From Eledone cirrhosa (Eukaryota): 64,000 nt of DNA. Numbering within the stretch: the stretch's first letter is position 1; the number at the start of each line of letters is the position of its first letter. The position numbers and the translations under genes are program-made. The notes beneath the pieces were generated by a model, which did no database searches, was not told the DNA's origin, and worked only from the letters and a program-made list of their open reading frames with translations. Positions 36,358 to 48,469 of this stretch are shown here, in pieces. The stretch lies in NCBI GenBank assembly GCA_964016885.1, contig OZ024743.1, positions 355,880,001-355,944,000 on the forward strand. Reading direction: 5' to 3'.

Positions 36358-36913
36358 TTAACCTTTTAGAATTTAAACCGGCCGTTTCTGGCCAGAATTC
36401 TCTCACCTCCTTCTGTTCAAACCGGCTATAAACAGCCATTCATACTGATGTTAAGGTATTGTTCTCAAAATAAATAATATCAAAATCTCATAGATTTGAT
36501 ATTATGTGAGGTAAAGCCTTTACCATGAAAATATAATAGTAAATATATAAAGTAATGTAAATACTAAAGGGTTGGTAGCAAAATTGTAGAATGGTTGGTT
36601 TACAGGCATATCAGACAACAACAAGAAGTGTTAGACTGTATAAAACATCTGTTTTAACTCTTAACCATTTAATGTTCAAACCGGCCAAAACCGGCCAGAA
36701 TTCTCTACTTCTTTCTGTTGAAACTGCCTGTAACTGGTCGCTCAAACTGATGTTAAGGTATTGTTCTCAAAATAAATACTTTCAAGATCTCATAGATTCG
36801 ATATTATGTAAGATAATTATGTGAGGTAAAGCCTTTACCATGAAAATATAATAGTAAATATAATAGTATATATAATAGTATATATATATATAATGTGAAC
36901 GCTAAAGGGTTAA
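36358..36913 (+). mobile_element. Two TTAA MITEs (copies 8 and 9: 36358-36573 and 36661-36913)
   Basis: Both carry the family body (CCAGAATTCTCT..TTCTGTT...GGTATTGTTCTCAAAATAAA) and TTAACC../AAAGGGTT termini. Confidence 0.85.
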
Positions 36914-37608
36914 TGTCTTGTATCACATAAAACTGCATTAGCAAGATATTCTTGAACAGTACAAAGCAGCATTATGATTGCATCACATTAAAAATTGAAA
37001 TATTTAGTCTAATACTGCAAATTTTCATAAAGATCCATCCAGTAGTAAAGTTACTATAAGCATTTGAAACCACATGAAACTACATTAGCAAAGCATTTTT
37101 GAAAAGTACACCACAACATTATATCTATATCGTGTTAAAAATTGAGGTTTTTAGTCTGATACTGAACATTTTTACAACAGTCAGCCCTGGAGTAAAGATG
37201 TTAAAGATATAACGGACATCTCTCCTCCCCCCCTAATGACAAACATCCCCCCCAAAAAAGAAGGAACAATGAGGTAATGGAACCAAAAAAACTATAAAAT
37301 AACATGGATTTTGTAATGATTTTAAGCATATTTATAATGAAAGACACTGCCTAGAATTTTCAAATAATTTTGAAAATAATCAAGTTGTTTTATGAGGAGG
37401 GGGGGGGGGGGGGGGACATAGATAACTTTCCCATTATCAAAATAGTGTCTGGAACATAACTTAACATATGTTACATAAGATTGTTTGAAGGATTTTAGAT
37501 AAATACAAACACTTAAAACAGTTTATATAATAGAAACAGGAGCAGTCTCAGAAGGATTGATATCAAAAGGAGTGATACACAAAAACAGGTGTGTGTGAAT
37601 GTGCATTC

Positions 37609-37640
<32 letters not shown>

Positions 37641-37854
37641 ATCCCAGGTTCAATCAGTAAGTAAGGTACTCAATACATAGAGTATATACAATTAAATATA
37701 TATATGTAGGTATGTGCGCGTACACACACATATATACATTATATATATCAAAATCATCATCATCATCATCATTTAACGTCCATCTTCCACGCTAGCATGG
37801 GTCTGGATATATATGTCAGTATGTGTAGGGGGGGAGTATTTGTGTAGGGGAGAG

Positions 37855-37901
<47 letters not shown>

Positions 37902-38219
37902 AAGCATAAACCTTATGTTACAAAAACAAACACTTTGAATTACACACACAGACACACACACACAAACCATCAAACAAACACACACATACAAATATACATA
38001 CATATAAACACCAGTGTGTGTGTGTGTGTGTGTGAATGCAATTGTAGTCATATATCAAGGCACTAATATATCAAATTAAATATTTACTTTACACATGCAC
38101 ATATATGTACATACATGTATGCATGTGTATGTGGACAGATATGTGTAATTTGAAATACATGTAGCTGTACACAAACACACATACACTCACTTCTATACAC
38201 ATTGAAGAATACCTATAAC

Positions 38220-38278
38220 AAAAAGAGACAAGGAAGGAGACAGAGATGGAATGAGAGTGAGAGAAAGAAACAGAGAGA

Positions 38279-38335
<57 letters not shown>

Positions 38336-38520
38336 GGAGAGAGAGAGGGAGAGAAAGAGGGAGAGAGAGATAGTGATAGAGACAGAGATGATGAAAACAG
38401 AGGGATGTGGTGAGGAGACTGAGATAGTGAAAATGAGAGAGAGAGAGAGAGCGAAAGTAGGAGAGATGGAGAGAGAGAGAGACAGTGAAAGTGGGGGAGA
38501 CGGAGAGAGAGAGAGTTGTC
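38220..38520. repeat. (GA)n and purine-rich tract
   Basis: Direct inspection. Confidence 0.9.
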
Positions 38521-38859
38521 AGTGAAGGAAAGATCAAATTGGCTTAGTGACAAGCTAATTTCCTTTTATTAGCAAATTATAAGTACCATTTTTATTGGCC
38601 ACCTCTTATATCACTCTCTCTCTCTCTCAGAGTTACCTACACAACCACACACATAATATTACCTGCAACACCACACCATATACACCTCATTACACCATAT
38701 ACAGCTCACTATACTACACACACACTGCGTGTAGACTAGCACCTACACCACAACACACCGCATTAGACCCATACTACACTATCAGACACACACACAAATA
38801 TCACACCACAACACACTACCAGATTCATGCTATATACTACACAATTTCACTCCACACAT

Positions 38860-41303
38860 ACCATACCACACCACACACTACACTATACTACACCACACCA
38901 CACACTACACCACACCACACACTACACTACACCACACCACAGTCTCAAACACACCACACATTACACTACACCACACCACACACTACACTAGACTACACCA
39001 CACCACACACTACACTACACTACACCACACCACATACACAGTGTCAAACACACCATACCACACCACATACACAGTGTCAGACACACCACACACTACACTA
39101 CACCACATACACAGTGTCAGACACACCACACGCTACACTACACCACACCACATACACAGTGTCAGACACACCACACGCTACACTACACTACATACACACC
39201 ACACCACACACTACACCACACCACACTACATACACAGTGTGAGACACACCACACACTACACCACACCACATATACAGTGTCAGACACACCACACACTACA
39301 CTACACCACATACACAGTGTCAGACACACTACACACTACACTACACTAAACCACATACACAGTGTCAGACACACTACACACTACACTACATACAGTGTCA
39401 GTCACCAGACACTACACTCCACCACATACACAGTGTCAGGCACACCACACACTACACTACACCACATACACAGTGTCAGACACACCACACTCTACACTAC
39501 ACCACATACACAGTGTCAGACACACCACACACTACACTACACCACATACACAGTGTCAGACACACCACACACTACACTACACCACATACAGTGTCAGACA
39601 CACCACACACTACATTACACCACGCCACATACACAGTGTCAGACACACCACACACTACACTACACCACATACACAGTGTCAGACACACCATACACTACAC
39701 CACACCACATACACAGTGTCAGACACACCATACACTACACCACACCACATACACAGTGTCAGACACACCACACACTACACTACACCACATACACAGTGTC
39801 AGACACACCAGACACTACACTACACCACGCCACATACACAGTGTCAGACACACCACACACTACACTACACCACATACACAGTGTCAGACACACCACACAC
39901 TACACTACACCACATATACAGTGTCAGACACACCACACACTACACTACACCACATACACAGTGTCAGACACACCACACACTACACTACACCACGCCACAT
40001 ATACAGTGTCAGACACACCATACACTACACTACACCACATACACAGTGTCAGACACACCATACACTACACCACACCACATACACAGTGTCAGACACACCA
40101 CACACTACACTACACCACATACAGTGTCAGACACACCACACACTACACTACACCACATACACAGTGTCAGACACACCAGACACTACACTACACCACGCCA
40201 CATACACAGTGTCAGACACACCACACACTACACTACACCACATACACAGTGTCAGACACACCACACACTACACTACACCACATACCGTGTCAGACACACC
40301 ACACAGTGTCAGACACACCACATACACAGTGTCAGACACACCACACACTACAATACACCACACCACATACAGTGTCAGACACACCACACACTACACTACA
40401 CCACATACCGTGTCAGACACACCACACACTACACTACACCACATATACAGTGTCAGACACACCACACACTACACTACACCACATACACAGTGTCAGACAC
40501 ACCACACACTACACTACACCACACCACAGTGTCAGACACACCACACACTACACTACACCACATACTGTGTCAGACACACCACATACACAGTGTCAGACAC
40601 ACCACACACTACACTATACCACACCACATACAGTGTCAGACACACCACACACTACACTACACCACACCACATACAGTGTCAGACACACCACACACTACAC
40701 TACACCACATACACAGTGTCAGACACACCACACACTACACTACACCACACCACATACAGTGTCAGACACACCACACACTACACTACACCACATACACAGT
40801 GTCAGACACACCACACACTACACTACACCACATACACAGTGTCAGACACACCACACACTACACTACACCACACCACATACAGTGTCAGACACACCACACA
40901 CTACACTACACCACACCACATACACAGTGTCAGACACACCACACACTACACTACACCACATACACAGTGTCAGACACACCACACAGTGTCAGACACACCA
41001 CATACACAGTGTCAGACACACCACACACTACACTACACCACATACCGTGTCAGACACACCACACAGTGTCAGACACACCACACACTACACTACACCACAT
41101 ACACAGTGTCAGACACACCACACACTACACTACACCACATACCGTGTCAGACACACCACACAGTGTCAGACACACCACATACAGTGTCAGACACACCACA
41201 CACTACACTACACCACACCACATACAGTGTCAGACACACCACACACTACACTACACCACACCACATACAGTGTCAGACACACCACATACTACACTACACC
41301 ACC
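38860..41303. repeat. ~2.4-kb minisatellite, main unit ~40 bp (CAGTGTCAGACACACCACACACTACACTACACCACATACA) with length variants
   Basis: Direct inspection. The stop-free composition explains the three overlapping 600+ aa ORFs. Confidence 0.95.
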
Positions 41304-41384
41304 CTATCAAGATATGTATTAGTTTGTTGTTACTAGCTAAATGGCAGTCAGAAAAATGTAAATGGAAGGAGGATGAGGGGGAGT

Positions 41385-41640
41385 AGTGGTAGTGTGGTGG
41401 CAGTGTGGGTGGGAGGAGTGGTGGTATGTGGGTGGGAGGAGTGTAGGTAGTGTAGATGGGAGGAGTAGAGGTAGTGTGGGTAGGAGGAGTTAAGGCAGTG
41501 TAGTTGGGATGAGTGGTGGTAGTGTGGGTGGGAGGAGTAGAGGTAGTGTGGATGGGAGGAGTGGAGCTAGTGTGGGTGGAAGGAGTAGTGGTATGTGGGT
41601 GGAAGGAGTAGTGGTAGTGTGGGTGGAAGGAGTGGAGGGA
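41385..41640. repeat. G-rich ~22-25 bp degenerate tandem repeat (GTAGTGTGGGTGGGAGGAGTAG)
   Basis: Direct inspection. Confidence 0.8.
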
Positions 41641-41802
41641 TAAAAAAAAGAAGGGAAAAGCAAATAGCAAAATGAAAAACTGGAAAACACCAGGACATAC
41701 TCATAGAGAGATACAAACACACATACACTGACACACAGATGTACACTGAGAGAGACACACAAAACACAGTACTACACAGACACACACACACACATATATA
41801 TA

Positions 41803-42270
41803 TTGAGATCGGTGTGGAAGTCGGACCTTCGTAAAGACCTAAAAATCTGCCTCTTCATTGCTGTAGTGGAGTCTGTGCTGCTGTACGGGCCTGAGACTTG
41901 GACACTGACCAAGAAACTCACTCAGATGGTGGATGGGTGCTACACAAGAATGCTGAGGATGGCTCTGAACATTAATCAGTATACACTGAGGATGAAAAAC
42001 GCAGAGCTGTATGGGAGCCTCCCAAAAATCAGCTCAAAAGTGACACAGAGGAGACTGAGGTTAGCTGGACATGCTCACCGACATCCAGAGTGGACACTGC
42101 TCTCAGTGCTCCTGTGGGAGCCCCTACATGGACACACTGGAAGAAGAAGACCAAGGTTAATGTATGTTGATGCTCTAAGGACAGACACTGGTCTGTTGGA
42201 GATGCAGGATGAGGGACAGAGACCGTTGGAAAGAACTCGCCCATGGATCTCGGGAATTTTACCCGCCCTA
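41803..42270 (+). mobile_element. RTE-clade LINE 3' fragment
   Basis: VWKSDL..LKI.LF.A.VESVLLYGPETWTLT...DGCYTRMLR...RRLRLAGH; same type as 18745-19139; flanked by (TA)n. Confidence 0.85.
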
Positions 42271-42429
42271 GAAATATATATATATATATAGGAGTCATAT
42301 GAACAGACATCAACAGGTAAACAAATGTAAAGTGGGTTCTTGAAATAAATATTAGAGAAATTAATGGGTGAATTGAGGGTGTAGTGGGATATATATATAT
42401 ATTATATAAAGGTGATGCACTAGATAGAG

Positions 42430-44090
42430 GAAACTATAGAGGTAAAACTAGATAAGATGCAATTTGGGTTTGTACCAGGAAGAGGCACCACTGATGCCCC
42501 CTTTCTTGTGAGGCAGTTACAGGAAAAGTACCTAGCTAAAAGTAAGCCACTCTACCTGGTATTCGTCGATCTTGAGAAAGCCTTTGACAGAGCTCCACGT
42601 GTTATAATCTGGTGTGCTCTTAGAAAACTAGGAGTAGATGAATGGCTTGTGAAAGCTGTACAAGCCATGTATAGGGGAGCAGTCAGCAAAGTTAGGATTA
42701 GCAATGAGCATAGCGAGGAATTTAGCGTACAGGCTGGTGTCCACCAGGGCTCTGTTCTTAGCCCTCTCCTGTTCATCATAGTTCTGCAGGCAATAGCGGA
42801 GGAGTTTAAGACCGGATGCCCATGGGAACTCCTGTATGCAGATGATCTTGCACTTATAGCTGAATCTATGGTAGAACTAGAGAAGAAATTCCAAACTTGG
42901 AAGCAGGGACTATAGAAAGAGAGGGTCTCAAAGTCAACCTGATAAAGACTAAGATCCTTGTAAGTAGACTAGAAAACAGAACCCAGATCCCCTCAGGGAA
43001 ATGGCCTTGCTCAGTATGTAGGAAAGGTGTAGGTAGGAACTCCATTCTCTGCCCCAAATGCAAACAATGGGTACACAAGATATGTAGTGGGATCTCAGGA
43101 AGATTAATTAAGAATGTAGGCTTCACATGTAGCAGCTGTGCTGGGACAGCAAGCAGCAAACAGCCACAGGAAACAAGTACCACCAATCTCTGGGAGGGCT
43201 CTGTAGAAACAGTAGACAGTTTCTGCTACCAGGTGACCGAATTAGCAGCGGAGGTGGGTGTTCAGAAAGTACAATAACTAGTGTAAGAACGGGATGGAAG
43301 AAGTTCAGAGAACTACTGCCACTGCTAGCTGCAAAAGGCTTTTCCCTCAAAATGAAAAGCAGACTGTATGATGCGTGTATACGAACAGCAATGTTACATG
43401 GTAGTGAGACCTGGGCGCTGAAGGTGGAAGACTTACGTAGATTAGAATGAAACGAAGCCTGCATGCTCCGATGGATGTGTAATAGTAATATACGCGAACG
43501 GCAAAGCATAAATGAATTGAGAGAGAGTCTGAGCATAAGAGGAATCAAATGCTGTGTGCAGGAGAGGCGGTTGCGTTGGTATGGACATGTGATGCGTATG
43601 AAGGATGACAGCTGCATAAAAAGGTCTAGAGCACGCACTAGAAGTCAATGGAAACTGTGGGGTAGGGAGACCCAAGAAGACCTGGGATGAGGTGATGAAA
43701 GCCGGCCTTACCCAATTACACCTCTCAAAGGCCGTGACCTCTGGCGTCATGCAGTAATACAGAGTACCCGACCTCCCATGGGTACAAGCTGAAGCATATA
43801 GACAATATGCCCCCACACCCACCCACTGCAAAGTGGTCATGGAGGTGCCACGGAAAAAAAGCACCCAGCCCACACTGTAGAGTGGACGTGTAGGTGCCAT
43901 GGAAAAAAAGCACCCAGCACTCACTGTAAATGAGGTTGGTGTAGGAAGGGCATCCAGCTGTAGAAATCAAGCAAAAATCAGTTCCTGTATGAGCAAGGCA
44001 TGGTCAGCCGACCAGACACTGCCCACAACAGGACAACCTGTCTAACCCATGCTAGCATGGAAGAACGGACGTAAAACGGTGATGATGATA
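42430..44090 (+). mobile_element. 5'-truncated RTE LINE: RT with an inserted PHD-like finger, stops/frameshifts, 3' UTR and (GAT)n tail
   Basis: QFGFVPGRGTTDA, FVDLEKAFDR, GVHQGSVLSP, LLYADD; WPCSVC...CPKCKQWVHKICSG...FTCSSC; MLHGSETW, RRLRWYGHV. Confidence 0.92.
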
Positions 44091-44163
44091 ACACAGTAAA
44101 GAGAGAAATACACACACATATATATGATTTGAACACATATGTGTGTATATATATATATATATA

Positions 44164-44851
44164 TAAAATAAAGTTAAATAAAAGTCAAATGAATAAAATT
44201 TAGCTTCGTTTATTACTGCTATATATATTTCAGTGACAGCCATCTTTGGCTGTGACCTCTTCAGGCAGTTTGAATTAGTATGGTATAGACAAGTACATAT
44301 GTTGTTTAGGTGTATGATATTGTCAATACTCTGATATGCCCAGTTCCTTGCTGGGTTGTTAATTCACTGGGGAACTGGAGTCATATGAATTCAAACAAAC
44401 GAATTTTCGTGTCACAGGTCCCCTTCTCCTCTCATTGGTCAGTTATTAGTGTTGTCCAACAATGACAACACTAATAACTGACCAATGAGAGGAGAAGGGG
44501 ACCTGTGACACGAAAATTCGTTTGTTTGAATTCATATGACTCCAGTTCCCCAGTGAATTAACAACCCAGCAAGGAACTGGGCATATCAGAGTATTGACAA
44601 TATCATACACCTAAACAACATATGTACTTGTCTATACCATACTAATTCAAACTGCCTGAAGAGGTCACAGCCAAAGATGGCTGTCACTGAAATATATATA
44701 GCAGTAATAAACGAAGCTAAATTTTATTCATTTGACTTTTATTTAACTTTATTTTACACTACTCCGGAGTAACCAAACCAACCTGCGCACTTCGTCGAGT
44801 GCTCCAGCCTGCATACTGAGGTGTTGGTATACAACCAACATAAACTCCAAA

Positions 44852-44852
<1 letters not shown>
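44164..44852. mobile_element. Hammerhead-bearing fold-back element (family H3): 293-bp palindrome arms plus a ~95-bp unique extension, inserted in (TA)n
   Basis: 44164-44456 is the reverse complement of 44464-44756 with a 7-nt loop CAACAAT. The tail 44757-44852 recurs inverted at about 47600-47695. Confidence 0.85.
44651..44705 (+). ncRNA. Minimal type I hammerhead ribozyme (family H3); mirror copy on the minus strand at 44215-44269
   Basis: ACTGC-CTGAAGA-GGT(C)ACAGCCA-AAGA-TGGCTGT(C)ACT-GAAA-TATATA-TA|GCAGT: perfect helix I, 10-bp helix II, palindromic helix III ATATATAT. Confidence 0.85.
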
Positions 44853-44922
<70 letters not shown>

Positions 44923-44927
<5 letters not shown>

Positions 44928-45159
44928 AATAATTTTGAAAACCATACAATGCACTAGAAAGAAAATCAAGATTGCTAAGATAACATAAGAATCTTACCTT
45001 AGCAAAAAACCCATTATCAAGGGATACTCCCTTGACAATGGGTTTTTAAACTCGAAAATATTTGGAATTATCAAATTTGCTAAGGTATGATTCTTCTGTT
45101 ATTTTAGCAATCTTGATTTTCTTTCTAGTGCATTGTATGGTTTTCAAAATTATTTAAAT
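44923..45159. repeat. Fold-back: ~83-bp inverted arms enclosing an internal hairpin
   Basis: 44923-45005 is approximately the reverse complement of 45076-45159. Internal AAAAACCCATTATCAAGGGA-TAC-TCCCTTGACAATGGGTTTTT followed by CGAAAATATT. Confidence 0.85.
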
Positions 45160-45378
45160 TTGTGTTTTCTACTCAACAATGCTTCAAGCAAACTACAACA
45201 CTCTGTCATATATATATATATATATGTATATGTATATACATATGTATATATATATACATATATATCTCAAAGAGACATATATCATAAGAATAGAGGAGAA
45301 AGAACTATGATATAATATATTAGATGCCTATAGCTGAAGTGTGCCTAGAGATGCAATTATATATATATAATTACAACA

Positions 45379-45437
45379 GTGACATAAACAGGTACTTAAG
45401 TTTCGTTGGGTTCTGAACCCAAACTCATTCAGACTGT

Positions 45438-45440
<3 letters not shown>
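45379..45440 (-). ncRNA. Hammerhead-like motif with a one-base core insertion (family H5)
   Basis: Reverse strand GTGACAGT-CTGAATGA-GTTTGGGTTC-A-GAACCCAAC-GAAA-CTTAAG-TA|CCTGT..TGTCAC; palindromic helix III ACTTAAGT; lies between (TA)n tracts. Confidence 0.55.
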
Positions 45441-45504
<64 letters not shown>

Positions 45505-46183
45505 ATTTCTCTCTTTACTGTATTATAAAGAGCTTGGATTCTTTTCCTTGAGCTTATTTGATTATACAAGAAAATTGTGAGTTTTTAACTTAACATTTAA
45601 TTTGATATATTATATATATGTGTATGTGTGTGTACTATATGTACATGCAGACATGTCATATACATATATACACACAAACACCGTCTAACCCATGCTAGCA
45701 TGGAAGATGGACGTTAAACGAAGATGATGATGATGATGAAACACACATTTGTTACCCTTTTGGAGCACATAGAACTAGACATAGAGGGTGAGAGTGGGAC
45801 ATGGTGGGGATGAATCTTTCTGAAGAAGGGAGATGATAAATAAGGGAAGGGGTGTGTGGATGGATGGATGTTAAATGAAAGAAATAAGAGAAGTAACATG
45901 TGGAGACAGATATACCTCATATTTTGACAGAGTTCAAATGGTGTGTGTGGGGAGAGAGAGAGGGAGAGAGCTGGTGGGGTTGTATAGAAAGATGTAGGGA
46001 TGGATATATATTACAATATCAAGCATTAAACTAATATATAATATGTATCTTCATTGAACTGTAGTGTTTAATGTGTTGTTTTCCATTTATTTTTTGCGCG
46101 CACACGCACACACATACATATTTATATATCAACCCATATTTCTCTACCCTGTCCGTCCTCTCCCCTCTCTTTCATATATATAT

Positions 46184-46965
46184 CATCATCATCATCATCA
46201 TCAACGTTTAACGTCCGTGTTCCACGCTTGCATGGGTTTGGACGGGGGTAGTCCCACTTGAGGCAAGAGTGATTGTCTTGCTCGCATAGGACTGTCTGGC
46301 AGGTTTTCTACAGTTGGATGCCCTTCCTAACACCAACCACATTTACAGTGTGGGTCTGGGAGGTTTTTACCGTGTTGCCTACACGGCCACATTACAGCGT
46401 GGACTGTGTGTTTTTTTGTCGTGACACCTACACGATCTCATTTGTTTCGGCCTGGATGGCGCGGCACCAACATAACTTTACATAGAACGGGGTGGTGTGG
46501 ATGGGGTGGGGGTGGTGGTGGTGGGACGGGGTGTATTTTGTTAGAGATGCCTACTGGTTGGAGTAGGTTTTACTATGTATTTAGGTAAGGCGGGTCTTCT
46601 CTGTTACTGAGTACCGCCAAAGGTCTCGATCCAGTGACATTGTCTTGGAGAGGTGTAAGTGTGTGAGGTCGGAGTTTATCAGCTCGTCCCAGGTTTTTCT
46701 AGGTCTGCCTATTCCGTGGCTACCGTCTATCTTTATTGCCCTGCACTTTGTTATACAGCTATCGACTTTCATGCGCATCACGTGACCATACCAACGTAGC
46801 CTTCTCTCGAGTAAACAACATCTGATCCCTCTTATTTCTAATTTTTTCCTTAGTTCATTTATGCTTTGCCGTTCACGTATATTACTGTTACACATCCAGC
46901 GGAGCATGCAAGCTTCGTTCCTCTCTAGTCTGCGTATATCCTCTGCACACAATGCCCATATCGAT
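46184..46965 (-). mobile_element. 5'-truncated RTE LINE 3' end flanked by a ~77-bp direct duplication
   Basis: WALCAEDIRRLERNEACMLRWMC...RRLRWYGHVMRM...GRPRKTW; duplicated flanks 46107-46183 and 46973-47049. Confidence 0.9.
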
Positions 46966-47352
46966 ATACACACACACACATACATATTTATATATCAACC
47001 CATATTTCTCTACCCTGTCCGTCCTCTCCCCTCTTTTTCATATATATATATATATCGATATACACACACACATAGAGATAGGTATATATATATATAGACA
47101 GAAAAACAGATAGCTACAGATGGATAGAAGGGATAGAGGTACATGGAAGGATAACTATACTGATAGAAGGATGTGTATATAGTAGCTATCTATATAGTAT
47201 AAATATGAACAAATAAACAGACACATACATATGTAGATACTCATGCACAAATATATACACACACACATACACATACATACACACACAAACTGAACAGGTG
47301 TAAGAAAATGCAATGACTTCTCCACAGATATAGGTATGTTTATGTTTGTGTA

Positions 47353-47404
<52 letters not shown>

Positions 47405-47484
47405 GACACACATACATACATATATCATATCATCATTATCCTTTAATATCAATTTTCCCTGCTTGTTAGGGCTGGACAGACAAC

Positions 47485-47515
<31 letters not shown>

Positions 47516-47563
47516 CACACACATATATATACATACATACATATAGACACACACACATCCATG

Positions 47564-47599
<36 letters not shown>

Positions 47600-47604
<5 letters not shown>

Positions 47605-48140
47605 AGTATATGTTGGTTGTATACCAACACCTCAGTATGCAGATTGGAGCACTCAACGAAGTGCGCAGGTTGGTTTGGTTACTCCGGAGTAATGTAAAAT
47701 AAAATAAAATAAATAAGTCAAATGTTTAAAATTTGGCTTCATTTATTACTGCTATATATATTTCGGTGACAGCCATCTTTGGCTGTGACCTCTTCAGGCA
47801 GTCCAAATTAGTGTGGTATAGACAAGTACACATGTTGTTGAGGTGTATGTATACCTTTGTCAATACTCTGATATGTCCAGTTCCTGGTTGGGTTGTTATT
47901 TCACTGAGGAACTGGAATCATATGATTCCAGTTCCTCAGTGAAATAACAACCCAACCAGGAACTGGACATATCAGAGTATTGACAAAGTTATACACCTCA
48001 ACAACATGTGTACTCGTCTCTACCACACTAATTCGGACTGCCTGAAGAGGTCACAGCCAAAGATGGCTGTCACCGGAATATATATAGCAGTAATAAATGA
48101 AGTCAAATTTTAAACATTTGACTTATTTATTTTATTTTAT
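47600..48140. mobile_element. Second family-H3 fold-back element (loopless palindrome 47699-48140 centred at 47921/47922), inserted in (TA)n
   Basis: ...GAACTGGAATCATATGATTCCAGTTC... centre. The minus-strand hammerhead at 47748-47802 is intact; the plus-strand copy at 48037-48091 has GAAA>GGAA. Confidence 0.85.
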
Positions 48141-48469
48141 ATATATATATATATATATTTAAAGGTTAAACAAGGTTCAATGAATAAATCAAAGAATGAG
48201 TTTTACAATAGATTGGAAGCACTCAACAGTGGTTGTAATGAACCGTAAACAATTCATGCTTTTATGTATTTATGTATTTATTCTTTTGGAGTATGTTAGT
48301 TTTAAGATTCAAGATGTTTGATTTATATATTTATATTTGTTTATATATATGTATGGTATATGCGTCGTACACGATCCTAGTCGACAAACTTTTTCCACTT
48401 AACTTGATGTTAAACTTCAATTATAACTTTACTAACAATGTTTTTATTATTTATTTATTATATGTATAT

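Noticed and set aside
39277-41386. Three overlapping 600-680 aa His/Thr-rich ORFs
   Set aside because: All three frames are open only because the minisatellite has no stop codons; there are no splice signals or unique coding flanks.
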